A stretch of DNA of 64,000 nt, taken from contig OZ249438.1 in NCBI GenBank assembly GCA_965235115.1, forward strand, positions 30,504,001 to 30,568,000. Reading direction: 5' to 3'. The position numbers were made by a program, and so were the translations under genes. Under the pieces are notes generated by a model that saw only the letters and a program-made list of their open reading frames with translations, did no database searches and was not told the DNA's origin. Positions 25,301-37,925 of this stretch are shown in pieces (the stretch's first letter is position 1; the number at the start of each line of letters is the position of its first letter). This DNA comes from Laetmonice hystrix. Lineage: Eukaryota.

Positions 25301-27661
25301 GACAGAAGTTACTTCTCAACCCGCCTCCCTTCATCCTAATTATATCCTGATTAGATTGGAGGACATTGGTCTTGTCACCCTTTGAAAACTTTGCCACTGA
25401 TGGTTCCCGGCGTATTGTAGGACCGAAACAACCAGAACTGTCTGTCAGAGCTACACGGGGTGCTTATTCCGGTAGACCTCATCGCTCGAAAATGTTAAAA
25501 TGAAAAATGTACGGTATTGTGGTCAATTAGCCAAGAACTTTGAATCTATCTCAAATTCTTATTTATCCCGTGATGTGCTGATGGACAGGACAACATTTTA
25601 TTTGGAACGATAACAACTGCACTAAACTTTGGACTACTCGCAATCAATGTTCACTTTTATTTGCAACAATGCCAGTATTTACATTGTGAGTAGAGTGAGA
25701 TGACATGTTTCCGGATTGAGTTGATATAATTAGTGACGTCAGTCCCCCATTGCCCCCGTTATGTCAGGCTGTAACGGTTGCTGTCAGGCCAGGTAACGGA
25801 GTCGGCTGGCACCGATTATAACGGGCCAAGTTTTACTGGCTGCGGTAACACATCCCTCTGAATGTCCCGTTAACGTTTAATGTAATGAGGGATGATTGGT
25901 TGGTGACCACTGTCGCTGTAGTCGACGTTCTACAAATGTCTCGCCACTGGGGGTTTGTTCAGAATTTCTATACTTTTCTGTTCCCGAAAAAATATTATCA
26001 CCAATTACAATCCTTCAAAATTAATATCAGTTAATTTTACTTGCGCGACTTTGTGCGTTTTGGACAGGTGAAGCGGTATCGACGCCGAACATGTTGGTTG
26101 GGTTGAGGGTGGGAGTGGAGGTAGTGGGGTAGTGGTGGGACTGAGGTTGTGGTTGTGACCACGGTCGGGTAGGGCCAGCAGCTGGACATCCCAGCCACTA
26201 TTTCAACCCCTTGTCAACAGGTGGCAGGGCAGTGTAAACATGGTGGAGGACCAAGGCAAACTTTTCGCTCCAAGCTTAGTATGGGAATCTTTAACACCCC
26301 GACCCCCCACCTCCCACGCCTCCCCCAAGCCATCATTGTGTACCTGGACGTATGTGTGTCCAACCCTACAGTGTTGGGTTCGACTCACTCAAAGAATTGA
26401 TACAGTATTGTTTTCTGTCATTCTCTGAAAGGATAGCCATTATAAAGTGCGCCCTTCAGCAGCAGTCGTCGACTGCCTGAGAGTCGGCGCTCAAACCATG
26501 CAGTGAGGTGTTGGTAGATCCCAAACATGTTACTGGTACCAGCCCACTGATGAGTTATTTTATGACCGTGTGTTAATATGATCTCATGTATGAGTGTCCA
26601 GCCTCAGTTAGGGACAGTTAGGTTCATTTTGAGCGGAATGTGACACTAGAATATAAGTCGGAACTGTCACGCACCAGTAAACCCGTCGATATAAGTGAAG
26701 GAGCGGGGGTAATAAACGAGTATCATTATTAGCAGAATTAACCGTATGTACAATATAGTACAGAATCAATAAATCACGTAGGAGTTCTACTGGACAACAC
26801 CAAGGAGCACCGGTAATAAAGCCATGTTTACAGATGGCAATGGAGATCAAACAGTGTAACTGGCCAATTAATTTAAACACAATAACATAGAAGACCTTAG
26901 CCCGAGTAATTGAATATATGGAAATATTGGCATATACCCAAAGTATCAATGCCAACTTCGTTTATTATCAAACTACCCAGGTCCATTTTTTCTGTCGCGG
27001 GAAATTAAAGTACATGCCGTGTGATCAGATACAAAGATCTGATAGCATAGGTCACATAACGTTTAATCTATTTTATTCACCGGGATAGTTGAGGAAAAAT
27101 GCATCTGAAAAAGATTACGAAATTAAAGTGCCCTTTAAAAAATAAGGGTAGTAACAGCAGGAAACGATGGTTACTTCCTTAAGACAAGTTCGACAATGTG
27201 CGTAAGTATACCTTTGATAAATTGTATTACTGTAAGCTGGAGCGGGTATTATACGCTGTTGATGATCAGCGCTAGGTTCTCCCGCTATAGACAAACAGTA
27301 GTGTGACTTATCCTGGCGTACAAACATGAAAGGTGAAGAGCAGAGGTGAGAGAGAACGAAGATAATGGCAGCTGTGATGACACCTGCCCAGGTGTGCTCT
27401 CTGGGACGCCAGGTTAGCAGATGGTGGCGCACCCCACTACCACCACCACCACCAGCATGCTCGTCCCGCTATTACGGTGCTAAATTTATTACTTGTCTTT
27501 TTCACGACAAGTAGCAATTTTAGGACCAAATTGTTTTACTCGTGTTGTCTTTCAAGATCTGCTAGAGCGGACTGAAGGCAGACATTTCCAAACATACACC
27601 CACCCCCGGCACCCACAACCCCCCTCTTGGCACCCCCACCCACCCCCGTTGGCGCAAACCT

Positions 27662-27674
27662 GGATCCGCCCCTA
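27662..27674. mobile_element. Solo right terminus of the GGCGGATCC MITE family
   Basis: GGATCCGCCCCTA preceded by a C-rich interior (27600-27660); no clear left end. Confidence 0.35.
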
Positions 27675-28099
27675 AGTTAAAGCCCCCCCCCCCCCCCCCG
27701 TTGTGATGTTATCCCGATCCCGTTCTGGTAGAGTAAACCGGATGGGACCAAGGAAACTCCGTAACATGGTGCCACAGCTAGAGGACGCGGGCGTCTGGCT
27801 GCACTTGGCTGACCTCGGACGGCTCCCACTGCTGTCCTTACTCCGATCGTCCTGTTTTGGTGGCCAGGGTATAGGGGGAGGGGCCATACGATCCAGGAAG
27901 TCACCCTCGGAGGGTGTTGTTCCTGCGGCGACCTGAGACTGTCATCTACTACACGACTCGGTCGACTGTACTATAATAGACCACCAAGGTAGACCACCAT
28001 ACCACGCGGCCTGGTTTCCAACCATGCCCCATGGATCGGGGGGGGGGGGGGATTCATAGAGTGCTTGGTCAGCAGGCTATGGATGAGAAGACCACCGGG

Positions 28100-28400
28100 A
28101 AATCACAAAAAGATGGACCAAAAACTGGTTGTTATCGCTGTATTGGATAGAGAAGCTGTGGTCGGAGGTGTATCGTGGTGTCCCTCGTGTGTCGGGAGGC
28201 GGGTATCGTAGAGGAGGAATGCTGCAAGGATTCTTGCACGTACCCCTGCTTGTGACTAAAGCTGATATACCGCTGGTTAGATATGTGTGGATCACACGAG
28301 ATTGCAGCTTGTAGTTGGCAGATAGAAAACCGATTGCTGAAAAACTGAGAGGTGAAGCTAACGTCATTGCTGTTATGTTTATGAGGTATAGAAATGACTG
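28100..28400 (+). mobile_element. Possible decayed CR1/L2 RT C-terminal remnant
   Basis: KLVVIAVLDREAVVGG...RV(S*)RRNAARILART resembles LIxxVLDYxxVVxG...QRRAARIL; interrupted by stops. Confidence 0.3.
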
Positions 28401-28684
28401 TAACCAGTAGTTTTTACTATATACTTGTGATATGATTGCAGGCCGTTTGTGTTAGTATGATGTCTGCGAGGTATCTTTGCTGTTATAGTATATGCGTACT
28501 TGTGAGGAACCTCAGGGACATGAACGTTATCGCATAAAACTTGGTTTGGAATACTTCCTTCCTGAGTCCCCTCGGCATTACACTACGGTTAGAAGAATAA
28601 AAAATAGCAATTTTCATATGAAACATAAAAAGGGAATGTGTTAAAAGAAATTTGACGTAGTGTGTGATGTTTGTATGATTTCAG

Positions 28685-28852
28685 GAATACATGTGGCATC
28701 GCAAGCACACGTACATGCGACTGGATGGCTCGTCCAAGATCTCAGACCGACGAGATATGGTTGCCGACTTCCAGACTCGCAGTGACATTTTTGTGTTCTT
28801 ACTGTCGACAAGAGCGGGCGGTCTGGGTATTAACCTCACGGCAGCAGACACC
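28685..28852 (+). CDS. INO80: INO80 internal exon (168 nt, helicase motifs IV-V)
   Basis: [56 protein letters not shown]; the [19 protein letters not shown] segment is INO80-diagnostic. Acceptor tgatttcag, donor ACC|gtaagt; phase 0/0 continues the previous exon. Confidence 0.98.
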
Positions 28853-29390
28853 GTAAGTGACAACATTCTCCAGTCTACCATTCTGCCCAGAGAAATCGCT
28901 ATCCGGGGGCTATTGGATACATACCGGTAGTCGCCATGTCCCATACCTATATTCTACTCGTCTAAAAGAGCAAACATGGTTCTACCGATGTAAATCTGCT
29001 CTATAGAGCAAAGTCACTATTTCTAATATTTTCATGAGTGTAAAGCGTCTGAAATTTCAATGGAACCTGGAGATTAAAGGGCCTGATCCACGAAGGCGAT
29101 TTCCCTTACGACGGCCATGCGATTTTTGATTTATTGGTGGAATTTCCTGGTTGGCCTTTCCTGTTTCAGGAAATGGGTTCCACCATTTAATCTCAGAATC
29201 ACAGTAAAATAAAAGGGCGATGTCAAAATCGCAAGGACGTCGCAAGGAAAGTCACCTTAATGGACCAGGCCCTTGAAGGAAAAGAATGAGGGTAATATAC
29301 ATGAATGGCCTATGAATTGACCCAGAATACATGCGCTATTCTCTTGATAAATCGACGTGTGATAATTGACTGATGCCTATCGGTGTTCAG

Positions 29391-29549
29391 GTGATCTTCT
29401 ATGACAGTGATTGGAACCCGACGGTTGACCAGCAGGCCATGGACAGGGCTCACCGTCTGGGACAGACTAAACAGGTCACAGTCTATCGCCTCGTCTGTAA
29501 GGGCACCATTGAGGAACGAATCCTGCAGCGGGCCAAGGAGAAGAGCGAG
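29391..29549 (+). CDS. INO80: INO80 internal exon (159 nt, helicase motif VI)
   Basis: [53 protein letters not shown]; acceptor ggtgttcag, donor GAG|gtaaac; 53 codons. Confidence 0.98.
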
Positions 29550-32039
29550 GTAAACAATATACCACTCCCACCTATCACTTGTAACTACCAGAAAAACACG
29601 CGAAAACACGTTGTGGTTTAATGGTTGTTTTTGTTTATGGAAATTAATGTATCGAATGTACGGAGGTCTTCAAGCCTGATATCATCCTGCATAATTAATG
29701 TTCCCAGTCCGATTAGTGGAGCAACTCGCTGCACAGGCATGACCCATCATAATCCGGACATATGAAATATATCTCCTCGTATTTCCTGGTATTGTAGAGA
29801 ATCTTCGTTCATTTCTAGCGGTCCAAATCGCGGTTTATTTCTTGTACTTGGGATTGTTGTTGATCACATTTAAATTAATTACTCTAAACTTGAGGGACTT
29901 GCCCTGGATGGTGGGTCCGTGGTGTGGGTTAGTGTCTAACAATCTCACACGGTACCTAAGCTTGATGGTTGAATGACCTTCAGGGGAGCCGCAGAGGAAC
30001 TGACTTGAATTGGGTAACCATGACAATGTTCTTGATGTAAGAATACGCGCCCTTTGAAACATTCCTCATGCTTGACCTTGAATCAAAGGGAATTTCTATC
30101 GTAAACTTGCATAGGGCACAGAGAGTGAGGGAAGGTTTGCTGACCCCTGTTGTGTCAACTGACCTTGGAGATGACCTTTGCTCGTGCCCAATTCGTCAAC
30201 ATTTTCTCCAGAATGGTTCCCTGGCAACCGTTAAGTTGCTGTAGTAAGCCTGGGTAAGCTCACGTAAAAACAACAGAAAGGGTACAGTGAACCAGAAAAT
30301 GGGAAGAAAGTCAGGTTACTGGATCAAGTACGACAGGTGGTATGGGTAGGAATCAGAAATATACAGCCAGCTTGAATAGATTAATCACTTGTGGTTAATC
30401 AAAGACAATTAGTGCACTGTTCTCCTGGGCCAGTACTGTTTCAGGGGTGATGGAGGGTGAATAGGGTGATGAGGGTTAAAACACACGGAATTAGGAGGTA
30501 TTTATATACCCCGGTAATATGAGGTTTCAGCAACCTCTCCGGAGTGGCGGTCCTCTAGGCGTCATGACAGACATAATTATAGATACTGTATCATACAGTT
30601 ACGGACGTGGAAGGCCCTACCTTCAAACCGTTATCGCCCAGTTGAATGGAGAGTGTCAGTAGAAAGTAAATGTGTGTTATCGGCAGTAATTGTGAGAACT
30701 CGGACAATATTAACGTAGCTAATCTCGACCCAGGCAGGACCGATCGCTATGGCAGGCCTCTGGGCACACCTGGCTTAGTTTCCTGATATAATGAAGGTCT
30801 CTGTACCTGAAGACAGTATTACAACTCCGTAATATGCCCTTCTCTTATACAATAGGTGCAGTTGATACGGCCCTTGAGGTGTAATTTGTTGAATTTTCCA
30901 ATACAAATGTAATACAAAGGTAGAATGAAATGTACTGCGACGAAAAGAAACTACTCTACAAGTGCTCATTATTCGTTATTTAAGCTTTCTATGATAAACA
31001 CACAAAAAGAAATTGTAAGTACTGTTAAAATAGGAGAAAAGCGCACGTGCAGACTAGCCCGGCAAAGAGTTGCGTATTAACAATTTACCTAGGGCTGTCT
31101 CGGAGAAATATTCCATTGATTACTTTTTCTGGCTCCTTTCATCGTAGGTAAACAGTTGTTTATGATGCTGTCAATTAGGGCTTACACTTCACTTGACCTC
31201 AAACACATGAGATGGCAAGTGGAGCAGAATTCATCAAAGGTTTTGAACTGTGATAAGTGTGGGCCGATGTCCGAAGCAGTTACCCATCGAGTAATCGGCA
31301 GGCTTGAGTGAGTTGGACCACCTGAAAAAGCAGGACTTAAATTGCCCCGGTTTTGTCCACTCTGCCCTAGCCGCCATCAGATGTTGTGTAAGTGAACGTC
31401 ATCAGCCGATTGTAAAGGGGGTCGATTGAGTAATATTAATGAGATAAAGAGTACTGACAGTGGATTGTCCTGTCCGTACTCGGACACAGACAGTTGGGAC
31501 ACGCCATCAAAGGCGGTGCTGCCCTCTATATGATGGCAGTGGGAGTGTAGCGGCGGTGGCGGCGGACAGATCCCCTGTGGCGTGTTTGGAGCACAACAGG
31601 TGATCATGATGTAACAGGGCAGGATTGACCAAAGTAAACTCCGAGTACGTGCTTCAACTCGGGTTTAGGGGACCGGAACAGATGTCCGAAGCGCAGGAAA
31701 CGCACAGCGAAAGTATGTTTGACATGGGGCTCAGACACCATTGTACTGAGGTGTTATCATCCAGTATATGGAACCTACGTGTATAACAGTTGAGAGGAGA
31801 AGAAAGCCAACAGGACGTCCGCTTAGGTACTGTTAACAAATGTGCAAGTGCCAATTATCTCAAGTTGAAAGGGCGTGGGAGGGGGGGAGGAGAGGATATA
31901 AGATGTACCTCTAAGTGTGACCGTTTTCAAAAGAGACAGGCAAATATTGATCTCTTTAGAAGAAGTCGAGGACAGCAATAAAGGAACCAAAAAACGTCTC
32001 TCATTATTATGCCTAATTCTGTAACATATCAAAGAGAAA

Positions 32040-32260
32040 TTAAGGCACAAAACGAGAATCCTCTGGTTTAATCCTGTTGCGCCAGACTTTGATGTGGTGA
32101 TTCAAACGAGTAGACAGCAAACAGCGGACAGTAGATGCGTGAACAGAAACTTGCATGTTATAAATCAGGGATTTCCTGTCATTATGCCAAATGAAACTTT
32201 CGTGCATTCCTGCGATAAATTTTACTGCAGCATTTTCCCTGACAACTGCGATATGCATTA
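32040..32260 (-). mobile_element. Possible decayed CR1 RT tail
   Basis: ENAAVKFIAG ... STRLNHHIKV resembles QNxAARFITG ... RLxxFYKI; weak. Confidence 0.25.
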
Positions 32261-32459
32261 AACATCATTGAGAAGAATAGAAATCAGCTTATCGTTAAGT
32301 ACGTTGATTTCTAACAATAGGATACCGTTACATGGAGACCGAAGTTCGATAAGGTGAGGACGATTAGTGTATACAACATTATGTACTACGAGTAACGGCA
32401 GTTACCCAGGTGTGATTTCAAATATTCTGTTAAAACAATCAATAATATGTTGACATGCA

Positions 32460-32710
32460 AATTATTCAGGGAAAGGGGCGTATGTATTAATGCTGGTAAG
32501 GAGAACGTTCCTTCTGAGTGGGGCCTGAATGCATGCATCAGTGGGAAGTTTTGAAAATCAGCCATGCGGAATGGTAGAGCTGGTAATGGATTATGGTGTG
32601 GAGATTAGGCGTCTATTGTTTTGTGATTGACGGGTTGTGGAAGAGGTGGCGGACTGAGTGGTTGTCAATCCAGGTGAATAAGAAACTGGAGTAATGTAGT
32701 CGGGCATTCG
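32460..32710 (-). mobile_element. Decayed CR1-type LINE 3' tail
   Basis: MPDYITP...TTRQSQNNRRL...*FSKLPTDACIQAP follows the CR1 C-terminal layout (DYLxP, TRxS, WNxLPxDxxQAPS). Confidence 0.4.
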
Positions 32711-33151
32711 ATTAGATGGGAATATTAAAAAAATGGAGTACAGTGAGTAGATACACAATAGTCTATGTAGAGAAAGAGCATTCCTTGTACATATATCATG
32801 CTATAGTTAAATAGAAAGAAAGAGAAATCCATATTTACTCAAATGTTTCGACATACAGATTTAAAAGGATGATATTATAAATGGATTTTTGAAGTTGTAA
32901 TCGTTGCGGAGGTGAACCAGGAGCTCTTATCTCCTAAAACTAAAACTCATGCTCTAAAAAGACAAAGAGAGAGAAAAAGTTGTGATAAAGAATAGAATAT
33001 GTAATTGTTGAGTGTGTGAGCCTGGAGTCTGTGAGCCATGACACACGTACCAAACATGGCCGCTATGACCTTTAAGGACTGGCCTGCTGGGCCCTGTCAG
33101 ACCTAAGGGCCACCACTGTCACACGAACTGCACGACTGGGAAGGCCATAGT

Positions 33152-33166
33152 GCCGCCACCTGGTGG
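33152..33166 (-). promoter_or_regulatory. CTCF-like motif
   Basis: Minus strand CCACCAGGTGGCGGC, a full match to the CTCF core consensus. Motif only. Confidence 0.45.
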
Positions 33167-35243
33167 TCAAGAACTACAGATGTAGGCAACTTGATCGTAC
33201 CAAGTCTCTGTCATAACTTAGTGTGTCATAGTGCATGTCAAAATGCTGACGCGGCGGCCTGGAGATTATAAGTTATTGGCCACACGAGGAACCTGATGAC
33301 AAAAAAAATTGTCGACTTGCTGAAAGGCATAGTTAGCTATTGCTGCCATGTGGGCAGTTGCTCGTATATGGACAGGTTGATAAATTTAAGAGACTTTTTA
33401 GTTCTAGGAAATGTACAACACCTGAGCGAGACATTAGTATATGTTCTTGAAATTTATGAGAACTTTTGTTGTAATTGGAACGAAACATCCTGAAAGTTAC
33501 CGATAATATGATAAGTTGCCGTTACTGAGTTCAATTCTTGGCTTTGAAATTTGATTATACCAATTACTACTAAAATATTTATATTGTTACGTGAATAGAA
33601 ATAATGAATTCAGACTTCCGAATTTATGTGGGAAAACCATTTTGTTGTAAACTCAGGCAAGTCGTCGGTATAGTTTTTAGAACCGATATCAGTTCCACCT
33701 GGCGGATATAATATGAAATGATAAAGCATGCGGGGTTACGACGTTCATATCCTCTCATAGGTCGTCGTTAGGATGGAGATAATTAGCGCCGTCCCTTGAC
33801 TCTGTCATGTCCCACACTAAACCTCTGTGATTAGCAACACCTGCATAGGGAAGACTTCATTAGTTTGATAATCTGTCAATGCTTGCTTTGTTGACTGTAA
33901 CAGTGCTTGTATATTGGGCAACCACCTGGTTTCGGGGCCTTCGATTAAAAGATAGGAGAGCATCTGGTTGGTGAAGCATGTGTTATGTGAAGATATATGT
34001 GAGTTAGACAGGGCGCGGGTGTGTCACTCGAGGATATGTTACATCTAGGACCATGTGGTGTCGTCTGCCTGTGTGAATGGATACTGTGTCTACCGGAATC
34101 ACACAAAAACAAGGTGACAGACTGCAAGAACTCATGCACTGGACGTATACGTAACATGAGACAATAAAAACTTTAAAAACTCTCAGAAAGTAAGATGGGG
34201 TAATTTTATCATCAAGGTCGTTTGTGTCAAAAATTGGGGGGGGGGGGGGGGGCGTTATATAGGTTTTAAATTTTGCTGGACAGGCTTTTCTGATAGATAT
34301 GTGTCTATGATTGAGGTCAAAAACAGGTTAACCTCATGCGATGTGGATAGGAATCGTGTAGGAATATGGTAGCCCGAGGCGCCGTGAGAGGTTGAGGTCT
34401 GCGGGGGATTGCCTGTGGAGACAGAATCACCCGGCTGGTATACTGAGTGTTGTCAGAACCAGAATCTGGTCAGTCTATACGTCAGGATGTCCAGTCTCAA
34501 TGGTCTGTGGTCTCTCAGTCACAACCTGGTCCGCTCATAGGATAACGGTCACGCTTGGACCAATCAAAACGGTTCCTTTCAGTGGTATCTTATTACAGAC
34601 CTGCCGTACCATTCGATGGCTATTGTGCTGACAGCTTTATATTGGGATAGTCAAATATCTTTATGAGATAGCAGCACCGACTCTTACAAATGGGAACAGC
34701 ACAGAAGGGTTCCGACCATTAGTGGATAATGGGACATTTTGATATGACCCTGAATGATATGCCTCCAATAACATGAATTGATGTCGGAGGGGCTTTTATA
34801 CGTCAAAAAGGAGGGTGTGGATGACGCCCCACAGCCCCACTCCACCCCCACCGTACCCCGCTGACTGCCTACATGGTATCCAACAGGTGCGACAGCCACA
34901 GAGATCAATCACCTGGCAGAGGTCAATTACTAGCCTGACACCTATTGGTGACCTTTCACACTAACGATTGTCGTCTCCGCCGAGCTCATTATTCATCGAT
35001 TCCAAAACAAGATATTGTCATGTTTAATCGCTTTATAAATCTGAAACAAACACATTGCGTACTTTTACGAAAATATAGTCTCTATATTCCAATAAACTAC
35101 TCGTATAATGCGACATTATTCCCGCCTCTGAGAGTGTGGAAAGAAAAGAGACGCAATTTAGCGTAAGTCGATTGAACGGCTTCGACGTACAATGATGGTA
35201 ACAATACAGAACAACTCAATGGCAATGCTTACTTCCCTGAAGT

Positions 35244-35365
35244 CCTGGGCCCGGTTCCTAAAATCTTAAGATCTAACTTAAGTTTATGCTTAACGCTTCT
35301 TACTCGCTGGTCTGCTTAAGCCTAAACTTAAGTAAGATCTTAAGATTTTAGGAACCGGGCCCAGG
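35244..35365. mobile_element. 122-bp fold-back MITE
   Basis: Perfect 31-bp terminal inverted repeat CCTGGGCCCGGTTCCTAAAATCTTAAGATCT / AGATCTTAAGATTTTAGGAACCGGGCCCAGG; arms extend to about 50 bp with 2 mismatches; multiple CTTAAG motifs. Confidence 0.85.
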
Positions 35366-36319
35366 TTCAGGTATATTAATAAAGTAAACATGTTTGTTTT
35401 CTAATTCAGATTAAAAAAATCATTGTTGCGTTATGATAGTTATGATAGGCCAGCACCTTTAGAAGAAAATGTCATTAAATGATTCAGAATCATATTGCCA
35501 CTGTTCCAAATTGATTTATGGGACACCTGTGAAAGCACTGCTACCTTCGTAGGCCAAACAGAAATTCAGTATTTAATTTAATGTTCAGAAAAATTCAATT
35601 ACTCACACTTTAATTGTTAATTTTGACGTTTGAACGTAAATAATAAATGTTTCTTGCACTAGTCCATTGCTGGTTACCATAGCAATGAGAGAGAAGGCTT
35701 TCAAAGGAACATGAAATATTAACTTGTATGGGAGACTGTGGCACGGAACCTGTAATTGTTGAAGAATAATTATCCAGGGGCTCAGGGTGTTTTTCACTGC
35801 TTGTATTTTGCCTGCAGAAAAGGGGGAATATTTCTGGTTATGTATTGATATTATACTACACATCACATAAGAAAAATGAGTATAATTCGTCACATGGTGA
35901 GATCATCATACCTGTGGTCCTGAGTGGCTGTGACGTTTACTTTAAAAAAAAATTAACCTTTCCCCGTCTTAAATAATATGCATTTTTGCTTTCTTTACTG
36001 GATTGATGTAATGTCTTTTTTCACTCCCTTCCCCTCCCGACATTTAGGCTTTGGTCTTTTCAAATTCCCGTTTGTCCTTGTTTAACATATTAAAGGGCGT
36101 GACCTTGGACCCGTACCAGCCTTGCAGGATGGCTCATGATATTATGCATTCTCAATGACAAAGTCACCTTGATGATGTTGACAGGCCATTATTACAAAAG
36201 CCATGCGCCGAAGGTTTTACTGGTAAACAAAATAAGAATAAACCAGAGTCGGACTAGTCATGGTTTCGTCCTGCCTTGAAACATGTATATTCTCTGTCAT
36301 TTTGTACTTGTAGGCCGAA

Positions 36320-36500
36320 CTTGACCAGAGGTCATACCGATCCATGTCCAATGTTCAGTACATTCCATTCGGTTACTGCCCTGGTAAAACATGTGGAGAA
36401 CTTCCCAGTGTCCAGTGGTCGTATCGCCTTCGTTATCTGACATGCACTAGAAAAACTTGAACATGACCTGGTTATCGTTCACGACATTCAGTCTTTTATC
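36320..36500 (-). mobile_element. Decayed CR1-type LINE 3' tail
   Basis: ACCAGGTCATGTTCAAGTTTTTC (near TRGHxFKxF) followed by KFSTCFTRAVTEWNVLN (CR1 pattern KxSFFxRxVxEWNxL). Confidence 0.55.
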
Positions 36501-37769
36501 CGGAGGTGTAAATGTGTTAGCGTCTACAGATGGGCACCATCTCACGCTCTCACCCTTCCCCAGATCATTGTACATTCCCACGTTGGTGATGAGGATGCTC
36601 TAAGTCTGGACCTCGGTACAAACAGAACGGCTTCTTATTGGCTTGTTTGTTTGTTGATTTATAGATGGAATAGTTGTTTCTTTGTCAGTTAATGAGATTG
36701 AGTCCGGGAAAAATAGATTATGGCATGGCTCCATCTAACGGAAGTACTTTGGAGAATCAATCCTACGTCATTCAACCAAAGCCTTCCAATTTATTGTGAT
36801 TACAGAAAAAACTGTGATGAAAGTGACAGTAAGACAAACCGTTTACCTGTGAGTGACATCAATAAGGTCAAGCTGCCAGGCGGCCCAGGTGTGGCAGTGA
36901 CGGCCAGCACCTGGGCCTTGTCTTCCCACCACTGACCGACCGACCCACCCATGCTGGGAGTTGTTTAGACAAGGTTATGACAGCGATCTGTCTAAGTGAT
37001 CCATTCTCATGGCTCCTTCTGCCGCTCATATTAACAAGGTCCACATCAACATGTTGAGCACCTGGTCATATGTCACAGACGTAATATACATCACAGCGAC
37101 CCCCCCCCCCCCCCCAGCGTCTTCATGACATAGTGTCCAGTACAATCGCATCATTAAGATTAAATCAAGCAGACAGAAATGCCTGATAAACAGATTTAAT
37201 TTCCATGGAAACCTCTATCCCTGCTTATACCCCAGTGGAAGGTTGTGCATACAAAAATCATGCATTTTAACAGAACTGTTGAGTTTCAACTGTCAGCTCT
37301 TGAAGGGGGGGGGGGGTGTCCTTTCCGTTCTTGCTGGTTGCTTGTCTTGAAGATATTCAGCTGAACAGTTCTGAACAATACGGATGGCAGAGATTGATTG
37401 GCATCTCCTGAGTGTGAACATTACCCCTCACTCGCCCCACTGGGCACCAGAGGGGGCCACTAAGCTGATTATGCCTCTTTATTCCAATTAGCCAATATGG
37501 ATATCACTTCTAAACTCGTGGCTGATCAGCCAACACGTGTCCTTTCACAAAGCAGCGCAATTTGCCCGGGTTCTTTTTGTGCCCGTTGAGCAGAGGGTGA
37601 CGTGTTAACGTAATGGCAGGGGCTGTCAATAGATTAACACTAGCTCATTGTCCCACAGAAAGACCCTCCTCATGCTGGCCCTTCAAAGCGGCTGAAGCTC
37701 AATGACGCAATTCTGGCAGCTCATCTCTTTGCCGCTGTGATGGGTTGGGTTTTTTTTACGCTGGAAGTG

Positions 37770-37925
37770 ACATTCACATGGTGATGTATGATCTGCTAGT
37801 GACAAGGCTTGGTAATCTGGCACAATACAACGACGCAAGCCATCCAAAGGATTGGCGCAAAGACGACCTTCACTTTTTTCTACGTCAATCTATAGGAGAA
37901 CATCTGAACATTCTGGGAAAGGGTT
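37770..37925 (+). mobile_element. Possible decayed CR1 3' tail
   Basis: MVMYDLL...DASHP...FFLRQSIGEHLNIL resembles MxYKI...TRxSHP...SFFPRSIxEWNxL. Confidence 0.3.

Noticed and set aside
28202-28255. Insulin A-chain look-alike GIVEEECCKDSCTYPCL*
   Set aside because: Extra Glu, a stop before the last Cys, no dibasic site or B chain, no splice context; another frame of the same DNA fits a CR1 tail better.
28685-28852. No CpG depletion in this exon (12 CpG; C=44, G=45, about 11.8 expected), hinting at low gene-body methylation
   Set aside because: One short Arg-rich exon; the other three exons appear more depleted, so the sample is too small.
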